Of a stretch of DNA of 64,000 nucleotides, positions 46,029 to 54,812 are shown piece by piece. This stretch comes from Deltaproteobacteria bacterium (GTDB lineage Bacteria > Desulfobacterota > Desulfobacteria > Desulfobacterales > ETH-SRB1), in contig JAJSZW010000002.1 of assembly GCA_030262895.1 (NCBI GenBank), forward strand, positions 11,692 to 75,691, given 5' to 3'. Every line of letters starts with the position of its first letter. The stretch's first letter is position 1. The notes under the pieces are model-generated. The model did no database searches. It was not told the DNA's origin and saw nothing but the letters and a program-made list of their open reading frames with translations. Position numbers and translations under genes: made by a program.

Positions 46029-46299
46029 ACTTAAATTCCTTAAAAAATTTTTTGGCCTCTTTGTATCTGCCGTTGCTTATATCCCCTTCAGCAGGTACAA
46101 GCAGCTTAAGCAAATTAAAGGCATTAGTAATCTTCTCGTATTCCTTTGCGTCTATAAGTACGGCCTCGGCTTTACCATTCACTGTCAGAACCACGGGCCG
46201 TTTGGTCTTATGGATTTGTTTCAAAACCGAGTTTGTATTCCTCTTCAAATCAGTAATTGAACGTATATCCTGAGTTATACTTAATGACATAATGATCAC
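46012..46299 (-). CDS. Phd/YefM-family antitoxin
   Basis: ITDLKRNTNSVLKQIHKTKRPVVLTVNGKAEAVLIDAKEYEKI. Confidence 0.8.
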   Translation of the reverse strand: MIIMSLSITQDIRSITDLKRNTNSVLKQIHKTKRPVVLTVNGKAEAVLIDAKEYEKITNAFNLLKLLVPAEGDISNGRYKEAKKFFKEFKFEKEI

Positions 46300-46426
46300 C
46301 CCCTCAGCATTAAATTAAATGTTATTTTAATGTTTTTAATATGCGATATTTAATACAAAAAATCAAGCATAATTAATGTTTAAGAAGCTAATGCAAAATA
46401 GATGTTCACAATAAAGATATTTTAAT

Positions 46427-46480
46427 TGTAAACCCATTTTAAATAGAGAGGTTGACATTTAATTCCCCACTGTATATAGC
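46427..46480 (+). promoter_or_regulatory. Candidate BirA operator overlapping a sigma-70-like promoter
   Basis: The operator is TGTAAACC-N15-GGTTGACA, compared with the E. coli bioO half-sites TGTAAACC / GGTTTACA as I recall them. The promoter is TTGACA at 46452-46457, a 17-nt spacer, then TATAGC at 46475-46480. It lies upstream of bioB. Confidence 0.5.
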
Positions 46481-46509
46481 TGATTTCATCAGCCCTTTTA
46501 AATAATTCT

Positions 46510-46609
46510 TACAGAATAACAAGATGAGTTTTGATGCTTAAATCCTGAATATCCTGTTAATCCTGTCAAAAAAGTCTTTTTTAACGTTCTAAATAGTTAC
46601 GGAAAAACC
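46510..46609 (+). repeat. Bio-operon repeat element, copy 1 (collapsed form: right arm plus conserved leader)
   Basis: cagaataaca..agat..gagttttgatg, then aatcctgaatatcctgttaatcctgtca (46541-46568), then the conserved leader gtcaaaaaa..tttaa..ctaa..gttac..aaa up to the bioB ATG. Confidence 0.8.
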
Positions 46610-47590
46610 ATGTTCGATAAAACATTAATCAGCATAACTGAAAAGATTATTAAAGATCCGAGCTACTCTATTTCTTATGAAGATGCCTGCAAGTTTGCTG
46701 CTTCTCAGGATAATACAGTTGATTTGATAATGTGTGCCAATAAGATCAGAGATAAGTACAAAAAGAATAATATCTTTACGTGTTCAATTATTAATGCCAA
46801 ATCCGGTCGCTGTTCAGAGGACTGTGCTTTTTGTGCTCAGTCAGCTTTTCATAAAACCGGAATTGAAACTTATCCATTATTAGATAAAGAAAAAATACTA
46901 AATAATTCCATATATATGAAAAAAGCAGGGGCAACAAAATATTCAATGGTAACAAGCGGCCATTCACTTTCGAGCCACGAAATTGATTTTATTGGGCATG
47001 CAGCAGAAGAAATAAACAAGAAAACAGATCTTTCAGTTTGCGCATCATTGGGGCAGTTGACCGAACCCACAGCAATAAAGCTCAAAGAAAGGGGAGTTAC
47101 AACCTATCATCATAATCTGGAAACTGCCGGGAGTTATTTTGATCAGGTCTGTACTACACATGAGTATGATGAAGATATTCAGACAGTCAAAATAGCAAAA
47201 TCAGCAGGACTTAAGATTTGCAGCGGAGGAATTTTGGGGCTGGGCGAGACCTGGGCGCAGCGTGTTGAGCTGGCTTTTACCCTTAAGGAACTGGATGTGG
47301 ATTCAATACCAATAAATTTTTTAAATCCAATCCCGGGCACAAAAATGGAAAACAGATCCTTGCTTCCACCAATGGAAGCGCTCAAATGTATAGCTATTTT
47401 CAGATTTATAAATCCTGATAAAGATATAACTGTATGCGGCGGCAGGGAAAAAACTCTTGGTGATTTTCAGCCATGGATTTTCATGGCTGGTGCTAACGGA
47501 GTTATGATAGGTAATTATCTTACTACAAAGGGAAGAAGCGCTGAAATGGATATGGATATGATAAGACAAATGGGGCTTAATATTTGCTGA
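46610..47590 (+). CDS. bioB: Biotin synthase (radical SAM)
   Basis: CSEDCAFCAQS (CxxxCxxC) and a YHHNLET motif. Confidence 0.9.
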   Translation: MFDKTLISITEKIIKDPSYSISYEDACKFAASQDNTVDLIMCANKIRDKYKKNNIFTCSIINAKSGRCSEDCAFCAQSAFHKTGIETYPLLDKEKILNNSIYMKKAGATKYSMVTSGHSLSSHEIDFIGHAAEEINKKTDLSVCASLGQLTEPTAIKLKERGVTTYHHNLETAGSYFDQVCTTHEYDEDIQTVKIAKSAGLKICSGGILGLGETWAQRVELAFTLKELDVDSIPINFLNPIPGTKMENRSLLPPMEALKCIAIFRFINPDKDITVCGGREKTLGDFQPWIFMAGANGVMIGNYLTTKGRSAEMDMDMIRQMGLNIC

Positions 47591-47608
47591 GATGTTACGA
47601 TATTTGCA

Positions 47609-48985
47609 TTGGAGTTTAAATTGAAAGTAATTGAAGGGCGAAATCAACAGTTGGAGATAGATGACAAAAAATATATCTGGCATCCATTTACGCAGATGCA
47701 GGATTATGAGAAGGAAGAGCCCCTTATAATTGAGAAGGGAAATGGTTGTACCTTAACAGATATCTATGGAAATGAATATATTGATGGGGTTTCTTCTTTA
47801 TGGACGAATGTTCACGGACACAGGAAAAAAGAGCTGGATATAGCTATTAAAAAGCAACTGGATAAAATAGCTCATTCAACTCTGCTGGGGCTTTCCAATG
47901 TTCCTGCTATCAGATATGCAAAAAAAATTGTCGGGATTGCACCCAAAGATTTAACAAGAGTATTTTACTCAGATAGTGGCTCAACTGCTGTTGAGATAGC
48001 ACTCAAGATAGCCTTTCAATATCAACAGCAGGCTGAAAGTGGAAATCCGGAAAAGAAGAAATTCATATCCCTGCACAACTCTTATCATGGAGATACCATC
48101 GGTTCCATTAGCGTCGGTGGCATCGATCTTTTTCATTCAATGTATAAACATCTTCTCTTTGAATCAATAAAAGCCGAGTCGCCTTATTGTTATAGATGTG
48201 CGTTCGGAAAATCTTATCCCGGCTGCAACCTTGAATGCTTAAGCGGACTGGAAGAAATTATGAGTGCTCATGCAAATGAAGTTACAGCAATTGTGATTGA
48301 GCCCCTGGTTCAGGGAGCTTCAGGGATGCTGCTTCAACCTCCGGGCTATTTAAAAAAAGTCAGAGAACTCTGCGACAGATACAACATATTTATGATAGCA
48401 GATGAGGTTGCAGTGGGGTTTGGGAAGACAGGGAAGATGTTTGCCTGTGAGCATGAAGATGTCACGCCGGACATTATGACCCTTGCCAAGGGCATTTCAG
48501 GAGGATATCTGCCGCTTGCAGCCACGCTGACAACTGAAAAAATTTATAAAGGTTTTTGGGGGAAATATGAAGAGTTCAAAACATTTTTTCACGGCCACAC
48601 ATATACCGGAAATCCCCTGGCCTGTGCGGCAGCCTTAGCCAGCCTTGAAATTTTTGAGGAAGAAAAAGTTTTGGATAAACTTCAGGCAAAAATTGAGCAT
48701 TTCAAACAAAGATTGCAATCCTTCAAAGCCTTGGACAATGTGGGAGATGTTCGTCAATGCGGAATCATGGTTGGCATAGAGCTGGTTGCGGATAAGGATA
48801 CAAAAAAACCCTTTCCTCCCGGAAAAAGGATAGGGCAAAGGGTAATAAAAGAAGCACGTAAGCGCGGCCTTATAATAAGGCCTCTGGGCGATGTCATTGT
48901 GCTTATGCCTCCGCTCAGCATTTCAATTGATGAGCTCGACAGACTTTGTGATATTACATACGAATCTATCAGCTTAGTTAGGTAG
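47609..48985 (+). CDS. bioA: Adenosylmethionine-8-amino-7-oxononanoate aminotransferase
   Basis: Class III aminotransferase motifs: WHPFTQM, ADEVAVGFGKTGKMFA, TLAKGISGGYLPL. TTG start. Confidence 0.9.
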   Translation: MEFKLKVIEGRNQQLEIDDKKYIWHPFTQMQDYEKEEPLIIEKGNGCTLTDIYGNEYIDGVSSLWTNVHGHRKKELDIAIKKQLDKIAHSTLLGLSNVPAIRYAKKIVGIAPKDLTRVFYSDSGSTAVEIALKIAFQYQQQAESGNPEKKKFISLHNSYHGDTIGSISVGGIDLFHSMYKHLLFESIKAESPYCYRCAFGKSYPGCNLECLSGLEEIMSAHANEVTAIVIEPLVQGASGMLLQPPGYLKKVRELCDRYNIFMIADEVAVGFGKTGKMFACEHEDVTPDIMTLAKGISGGYLPLAATLTTEKIYKGFWGKYEEFKTFFHGHTYTGNPLACAAALASLEIFEEEKVLDKLQAKIEHFKQRLQSFKALDNVGDVRQCGIMVGIELVADKDTKKPFPPGKRIGQRVIKEARKRGLIIRPLGDVIVLMPPLSISIDELDRLCDITYESISLVR

Positions 48986-49054
48986 GCTGAAGGTGGAAGG
49001 CTGAAGGCTGAAGGTAAAAGGCTGTCAGAAAGCTTCAGCCTTCGGACTTCAGCC
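48986..49054. repeat. Heptamer-repeat hairpin: (CTGAAGG)n paired with (CTTCAGC)n
   Basis: ggctgaaggtggaaggctgaaggctgaagg ... cttcagccttcggacttcagcc, immediately after the bioA stop. The same CTTCAGC heptamers occur at 60001-60028. Confidence 0.8.
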
Positions 49055-49063
49055 TATCAACCT

Positions 49064-49372
49064 GTGTTTAATTTTATGAACATAAAAGGCATATTTTATT
49101 TTGATCCATCTGACAGAATTTATGCAGAGCATTTTCCCGGCAATCCGGTTGTGCCTGGAAGTCTTATAATTCATGCTTTTTTAAAAGCATTGAAAAAAGA
49201 AGGTTGTAGCAAAGGATACATAATAGAAAATTTCAGGTTTAAAGAATTTATTTCTCCTGGTGAATACAATTTCGATATTGAAATCTGCAAAGATCAGATG
49301 AAGTGCAGGCTTTTTAGAAGCAGTTCAGATGCAATGAAACCTGTTGTAACGGGAATAATTAGAAAACGGTAA
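49064..49372 (+). CDS. Short FabZ/FabA-like hotdog-fold dehydratase homologue
   Basis: HFPGNPVVPGSLIIHAFL matches the FabZ HFPG.PV.PG.L motif. ATG at 49076 is an alternative start. Confidence 0.55.
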   Translation: MFNFMNIKGIFYFDPSDRIYAEHFPGNPVVPGSLIIHAFLKALKKEGCSKGYIIENFRFKEFISPGEYNFDIEICKDQMKCRLFRSSSDAMKPVVTGIIRKR

Positions 49373-49630
49373 CAATTTAGTCTTTTGAAAAAGAATCTGA
49401 CAGGATAACAGGATAAACAAGATTTTATATAAAATGCACAAACAAAGCCAACTCTCATTGTAGCTATCCAGTAAATCATAAAATATAATCACAAGATGAA
49501 GAAGGTGTGTATCAAGGTATAAGGATTTAGATTTGGATTAACAGGAAAAGTTTTGTTTTTTTTTAATCCTGAATATCCTGTTAATCCTGTCAAAAAAATA
49601 ATATTTAACAGCGCTAAAGTGTTACAGAAA
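49373..49630 (+). repeat. Bio-operon repeat element, copy 2 (full length, ~27-bp imperfect terminal inverted repeats)
   Basis: Left arm tgacaggataacaggataaacaagatt (49398-49424) pairs with right arm aatcctgaatatcctgttaatcctgtca (49565-49592). It fills the whole FabZ-like/SDR intergenic space. Confidence 0.85.
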
Positions 49631-50368
49631 ATGAAATTTACAGGTAATCGAGCCCTTATTTTGGGCGGCAGTTGTGATCTCGCTATTAGTCTTGCCAGGC
49701 GCATGATTGAAGCAGAGCTGTTCCCGATATTGACATACAGAAACGAAAAAGGCCGGGAGTATATATCAAAAAATTTGAAGGATTGCCAAAAAAAATACAG
49801 CTCACTTTATCTTGAATTCGGTAACCGTGATTCAATAGATTCGCTGTTGCATCAAACAGGTGATGTCATAGATTTTATGGTAGATTTCGTTCAAGGAAAT
49901 TTTGAAAGTCTTGTCGCATCAGCAGATATAGAAGATGTTTACAGTTATTTTGCCGAAAATGTTTCCTTTCGCGCAGAAATCGTAAAAAGAGTTGCAAGGA
50001 TAATGATGAAAAATAAAAGAGGCCGCCTAATTTTTATTTCCTCAGCAGCAGCAAAAAGGCCAAACCCTGGACAGGGATTTTATGCAGCAGCAAAGCTTGC
50101 ATCGGAAGCCATATATAAAAATCTGGGTCTTGAACTTGGCGGTCATGGAATTACAACTGTAACCTTGCGTCCTGGTTATATTGATTCAGGACGAGGCAAA
50201 AAGTTTATTCAAGACCATAGTAAAGAAATTATTGATAAGGTACCAATAAAAAGAGCCCTGACAAAAAAAGAAGTGGCTGAAGCAATACTTTTTTATCTTT
50301 CAAACAGCGCTGCCGGCTTTAATGCCACTGAAATTCCAATGGATGGCGGGCTGACGGCGGGCAAGTGA
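49631..50368 (+). CDS. Short-chain dehydrogenase/reductase (FabG-like)
   Basis: ALILGGSCDLAISLARRM (Rossmann fold) and YAAAKLASE (YxxxK). The track ORF start at 49553 is translated from the repeat element, so ATG 49631 is preferred. Confidence 0.8.
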   Translation: MKFTGNRALILGGSCDLAISLARRMIEAELFPILTYRNEKGREYISKNLKDCQKKYSSLYLEFGNRDSIDSLLHQTGDVIDFMVDFVQGNFESLVASADIEDVYSYFAENVSFRAEIVKRVARIMMKNKRGRLIFISSAAAKRPNPGQGFYAAAKLASEAIYKNLGLELGGHGITTVTLRPGYIDSGRGKKFIQDHSKEIIDKVPIKRALTKKEVAEAILFYLSNSAAGFNATEIPMDGGLTAGK

Positions 50369-50372
50369 ACTT

Positions 50373-50744
50373 ATGGACATTTTAGAAGAAATTACAGAAA
50401 TCCTGGCGGAAATTCTTGATATTGAGAATCATAATATTTCTCCTGAAACTTATCTTATAAGGGAATTAGGAGCTGAGTCCATCGACCTTCTGGAGCTTGC
50501 AGTGGCAATAAATTCCGGATTTAATATAGATGTAAATGATGATGAAATATTTTTAAGAAAACTAAGAGATTATATAACCGAAGCTGAACAGCAGAATAAG
50601 AACATATTGCAATACCTGGTTAAAAACCTTCCTTTCCTCTCCCATAAAAGACTGGAAAACATCATAGCAGATCTCGAAGGCGGTCCAACTCTTAAGGTTA
50701 AAGATCTTATAAGTTATATAGAATGGCAAAATCATGGAACATAA
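50373..50744 (+). CDS. Acyl-carrier-protein-like protein with C-terminal extension
   Basis: LGAESIDLLELAVAIN resembles the ACP D-S-L/I-D phosphopantetheine site. Confidence 0.6.
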   Translation: MDILEEITEILAEILDIENHNISPETYLIRELGAESIDLLELAVAINSGFNIDVNDDEIFLRKLRDYITEAEQQNKNILQYLVKNLPFLSHKRLENIIADLEGGPTLKVKDLISYIEWQNHGT

Positions 50745-51384
50745 ACTCAAGGCTTCATCTTTAGAAGATCTTATAAATAAAAGAAGAAGCATAAGAAAGT
50801 ATAAACCGGACATGCCGCCGGAAGAATGGATTAACAGCATGCTGCGCTGCGCCTCAATGGCCCCTTCTCCTTCAAACACTCAACCTGTTCGATTTATCAG
50901 AATCAGCTCTACCGGAAAAAGAGAAAAGCTTTATCAGGCATTGGTTTCAGGCAAACAGGAATTCCTGAGGGCCATACAGTCTAAAAAAGAGGCAAAGAGA
51001 CTGAAGAACTGGATAAATACCTATTACCGGTTTTCCGAATTCATGTTTAAAACGCCTATTCTCTTTGCTGTTGGTACAATCGCATCCTATGCAGGTTTTT
51101 CAAAAAAATTGCTTGAGGAAGGCATACTCACGCACAATAAGAGAGAAGAGACAAACCTTGACATTACTGTGGGGCTTGCGTTGAAAGGATTTATCCTTAA
51201 AGGAGAAGAACTGGGGCTGGGAACATGCATTCTCACCGGTCCTCTGGTGTTTATTCCGAATGTTGAAGAAATCCTTGGAATAAATGATGTTCGAATAAAA
51301 TGCTTTATTACAGCAGGGTTTCCGGATGAAAAACCAGACATGCCTCCAAGAAAATCTATTTCAGAAATTCTTAGCGAGATATAA
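50734..51384 (+). CDS. Nitroreductase-family protein
   Basis: RRSIRKYK...APSPSNTQPVRF is an N-terminal nitroreductase signature. Confidence 0.7.
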   Translation: MEHKLKASSLEDLINKRRSIRKYKPDMPPEEWINSMLRCASMAPSPSNTQPVRFIRISSTGKREKLYQALVSGKQEFLRAIQSKKEAKRLKNWINTYYRFSEFMFKTPILFAVGTIASYAGFSKKLLEEGILTHNKREETNLDITVGLALKGFILKGEELGLGTCILTGPLVFIPNVEEILGINDVRIKCFITAGFPDEKPDMPPRKSISEILSEI

Positions 51385-51513
51385 GTTTGTTAAAAATATA
51401 TTCGCTTCAGGTATAATACATTAAAACCATGAAAAACTCACGCATAACCTGAAGCTCTTGCATAGCTGGTTTCGTAAAAATTAGACTTTTTACAAAGCCG
51501 TCAAAAAAAGATT

Positions 51514-52728
51514 ATGGATAACATGCACAGAAGAGTCGTCATTACTTCCATTGGAGTTATATCCTCATTAGGTTTTACTATAGAGGAGATAATCGGTAAT
51601 TTGAAAAATGAAAAGACTTCGTTCGAGAGGTCTTTTTTTGATAATGATGTAGTTATAAGTCCCATTAACGGCTTTGATGTAAAAGATTTTGCAGGTCATT
51701 TTAAAGACAGGCGATATCTAAACAGAGGAGCCCAGTTCTGTGTTGCATCGGCAATTGAAGCAGTAAAAAAAGCAGGAATAGACAAAAAATTATTAGCAGA
51801 AGCTGGTCTTTTTTTAGGGACAGGCCCCAATCTGGATATAGGAGGGGAATTTCCTGATGTCAAAGGGGGAGAAATAGATAGAAGAGATCTTATGGCTCTC
51901 TGGATGCTGAAGTTTCTCCCAAATACTGCTGCCTCAGTTATTGCTAAATTGGCAGGAATCCACGGAGAGAATCAGACTTTAACCACAGCATGTTCCGCTT
52001 CACTCCAGGCCGTTGGTGAGGCATTTCGCAAAATCAGGGATGGATACATTGACCTTGCATTTGCAGGCGGAGGCGATTCAAGGTTAAGCAAAAGCAGTAT
52101 TTTAGCTTATAAAAAAGCTCAGGCCCTTTGCGACGGAACGGGTAAACCTGAAAGAGCAATCCGGCCTTTTGATAGAAGCAGAAATGGATTTGTGCCAGGA
52201 GAAGGGGGCGCCTTTTTTTTGCTTGAAGAGCTCCAACACGCCGAAAAACGCGGCGCTGTGATTTATGGCGAAATTTGTGGCTATGGTGCTTCTATTGATG
52301 GATATTCAATGACTGCTCCTGAACCAGATGGCATATGGGCGGAAAGGGCAGTGAATGCGGCTTTACGGGAAGCAGAACTTGCTCCTTCCGATATCGATGT
52401 TATTTCATCACATGGAACAGGGACTCTATTAAATGATTCAATGGAAGCAGCTTTAATTGATAGGGTTTACGGAAAAAGGTCTCCCTTTATCATCGCACTT
52501 AAATCGTGGATTGGACACATAGCTGCGGCATGCGGTGCTGTTGAGCTTGCAATATGTCTTGCCTGCATGAAGTACAATTACCTCCCAAAAATAAAAAATC
52601 TTGATAAACCGTGCCATACGGGGCTTAACTTTGTACGTGAGGGACGAAGATGCTCGACAGATAATATATTGTTAGAAAATTTCGGTTTTGGAGGGCAGAA
52701 CAGCGCTCTGATTGTAAGAAAGTATTAA
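51514..52728 (+). CDS. Beta-ketoacyl-ACP synthase (FabF/FabB-like)
   Basis: Active-site TACSASLQA, plus HGTGT and GHIAAACG motifs. Confidence 0.9.
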   Translation: MDNMHRRVVITSIGVISSLGFTIEEIIGNLKNEKTSFERSFFDNDVVISPINGFDVKDFAGHFKDRRYLNRGAQFCVASAIEAVKKAGIDKKLLAEAGLFLGTGPNLDIGGEFPDVKGGEIDRRDLMALWMLKFLPNTAASVIAKLAGIHGENQTLTTACSASLQAVGEAFRKIRDGYIDLAFAGGGDSRLSKSSILAYKKAQALCDGTGKPERAIRPFDRSRNGFVPGEGGAFFLLEELQHAEKRGAVIYGEICGYGASIDGYSMTAPEPDGIWAERAVNAALREAELAPSDIDVISSHGTGTLLNDSMEAALIDRVYGKRSPFIIALKSWIGHIAAACGAVELAICLACMKYNYLPKIKNLDKPCHTGLNFVREGRRCSTDNILLENFGFGGQNSALIVRKY

Positions 52729-52757
52729 TCAGAAATTTATAAACTCATTATGAAATT

Positions 52758-52977
52758 AACATGAGGCGGCGGGCACTTAAATTTAAGAACGTCTGAAACT
52801 CACGCATAAGTGAGCCTAAAGAAAAAGAGTATTAATATCGCTTAAAGAAAATTGATCCTTATGACTTGAATTCATATTTTTAACAAAGAAATACAAAATC
52901 GCCTCTTTTTTCTTAAGACTCACTAATACGCTCAAACAGTCAGCCATTTTAAATTTAAGTGCCCGCCACCTCATGTT
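52758..52977. repeat. MITE-like long palindrome: 29-bp terminal inverted repeats with one mismatch
   Basis: aacatgaggcggcgggcacttaaatttaa (52758-52786) pairs with ttaaatttaagtgcccgccacctcatgtt (52949-52977), with nested inner arms. A fragment gaaaaactcacgcataa recurs at ~51430. Confidence 0.85.
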
Positions 52978-53022
52978 GTTGACAAGTTGCTTTTTGAGTT
53001 TTTAAATTTCTGATGATTAGAT

Positions 53023-53472
53023 ATGATGAATATCATTAATAGAATAAAAGTAAATACAGGGCTGGAAGATTTTGTCCTTTTGGACAGAATATCAGAAACC
53101 GGAGCCGCGACTATTGCAGGTAAAAAAAAGTATTTTAATGTTCCTGTTTACCTGGGAATAGAGTCTCTTGCACAATTAGGGGCCTACCATGTCCGTTTTA
53201 TTAATGATTTTGAAATACATGCCTTTCTTTTAAAAATAAGCCATTGCCATGTTATTGGGAGCAAGATTTTACATGGTGAATATCTGATTGATGGAAAACT
53301 TATTAATCGAAGCAAATCTTCTTACTCCTACTTCTTAAGAGCTAAAAAAAAAGATCGAGTTCAGATTGAGGGAGAGTTTTTGTTTTCAACTCTAAAATAT
53401 AACGATAATTTCAACAAAAAAATATTAGAAAAACATTACCGCAGGGTATTTTCGTGTTTAAAAAAAGAATAA
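53023..53472 (+). CDS. Hypothetical protein, possibly hotdog-fold
   Basis: LGIESLAQLGAYHV is weakly FabZ/thioesterase-like. Otherwise unrecognised. Confidence 0.35.
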   Translation: MMNIINRIKVNTGLEDFVLLDRISETGAATIAGKKKYFNVPVYLGIESLAQLGAYHVRFINDFEIHAFLLKISHCHVIGSKILHGEYLIDGKLINRSKSSYSYFLRAKKKDRVQIEGEFLFSTLKYNDNFNKKILEKHYRRVFSCLKKE

Positions 53473-54584
53473 TAAACAAATTGACTGCTCAGAAAGAGAC
53501 AGGTCTTTACAGAGAACCCGTAGAAGTAGAAAATAAGGAAGGGAGATTTCTTTTAATTGAAGGCAGAAAAGTATTAAATTTTGCATCCAATGATTATCTT
53601 GGCCTGAGCGTTTCAGAGAAGTTAAGGCAGAAGGTATCCCGGAACTTTCTTAAATACAGCACATCCTCATCATCTTCGCGCCTTGTTTCAGGAAATTATT
53701 CTGTTATCAACCAGGCTGAGAAAGAATATGCCCGTTTTTTTGGCTATGAAGATGCTTTGTTTTTTCCCAGCGGCTATCTGGCGAATCTGGGAATTATTTC
53801 TGCACTTTTTGAAAAAGGTGATTTGTTGATTTTTGACAAGCATATGCATGCCAGCAGTGTAAAGGGTATGCTCTTAAGTGGTGCGGATTTTCATGGATAT
53901 AACCATAACTCCATGTCTCATCTTTGTAAGTGGCTTGAAAAGTTTGGGGGAAACCAGCCCGCTGTATTAACGGAATCACTTTTCAGTATGGATGGAGATT
54001 TTCTTGATCTCCAGGGTTTTAAAGCTCTCAAGGAACGTTTCAACTTTTTCAGCATAGTTGATGAGGCGCATGCATTCGGAGCAATAGGTGAAAATGGGAA
54101 GGGCATTGCCCGTGATGTGGCGGATATTGGAGTTGGAACTTTTGGCAAAGCTCTTGGACTTTTCGGCGCTTTTGTGCTTCTGCCTGCCGGCTTCAAAGAA
54201 TATCTTTTCAATTTTTCATCTCCTTTAATTTATACCACTTCTCTTCCTGAAGCGCATGCCGCATCAGCCATAGACCTCTTAGAAATTATTTCTCAATGCG
54301 AAAAACAAAGAAAACATCTGCGCGAGATAAGCAGTCTTACTAAAGAAAAGCTTGTTTACGAGGGGTTTTGTGTAAAAGGAGATGCTCATATTCTTGCAGT
54401 AGAAATCGGAGATGAAAGCAGGGCGCTGGAGATATCTGAAAGGTTGCTTAAAGAAGATATTTTTGTTTTACCTGCACGGTATCCCACTGTGCCGCTTCAC
54501 AAAGCCATATTGAGAATCGGCATGACTGCTCTTCATACTGAGGGAGATGTAAGAAAGTTAGTCAGTTCATTAAAAGAGGTGTAA
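53454..54584 (+). CDS. bioF: 8-amino-7-oxononanoate synthase
   Basis: NFASNDYLGLS, DEAHAFG, and GTFGKALG (PLP lysine). GTG start. Confidence 0.85.
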   Translation: MFKKRIINKLTAQKETGLYREPVEVENKEGRFLLIEGRKVLNFASNDYLGLSVSEKLRQKVSRNFLKYSTSSSSSRLVSGNYSVINQAEKEYARFFGYEDALFFPSGYLANLGIISALFEKGDLLIFDKHMHASSVKGMLLSGADFHGYNHNSMSHLCKWLEKFGGNQPAVLTESLFSMDGDFLDLQGFKALKERFNFFSIVDEAHAFGAIGENGKGIARDVADIGVGTFGKALGLFGAFVLLPAGFKEYLFNFSSPLIYTTSLPEAHAASAIDLLEIISQCEKQRKHLREISSLTKEKLVYEGFCVKGDAHILAVEIGDESRALEISERLLKEDIFVLPARYPTVPLHKAILRIGMTALHTEGDVRKLVSSLKEV

Positions 54585-54812
54585 CGGTTTAGCCTTTTGA
54601 AAAAAATTCTGGCAGAATAACAGGATAAACAAGATTTTATTTCAAGTAAACAAACAAGGCTAATAGGTTCATTTATTAATTTTGGTGAATGGAAAGTTGA
54701 AATCAAACGTAAAGTAAGGGATTTTGATGAGGATTTACGGGATGAGTTTTGATGTTTTAATCCTGAATATCCTGTTAATCCTGTCAAAAAAAGTCTCTTT
54801 AAAAGAACTAAC
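54585..54812 (+). repeat. Bio-operon repeat element, copy 3 (full length)
   Basis: Left arm tggcagaataacaggataaacaagatt (54610-54636) and right arm aatcctgaatatcctgttaatcctgtca (54759-54786). The first ~55 bp and last ~80 bp align with copy 2. Confidence 0.85.

Noticed and set aside
49489-49704. Track ORFs 49489-49704 (-), 49294-49479 (-) and 54533-54862 (-), and the 5' extension of 49553-50368 (+)
   Set aside because: All are translated from the bio-operon repeat elements. For example, NPEYPVNPVKK comes from aatcctgaatatcctgttaatcctgtcaaaaaa. They are artefacts of the repeats.
46541-54786. Three copies of aatcctgaatatcctgttaatcctgtca, considered as a possible CRISPR-like array
   Set aside because: The copies are 3-5 kb apart and separated by genes. 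Each is paired with an inverted partner, and no cas genes are present. It is a dispersed inverted-repeat element, not a CRISPR array.
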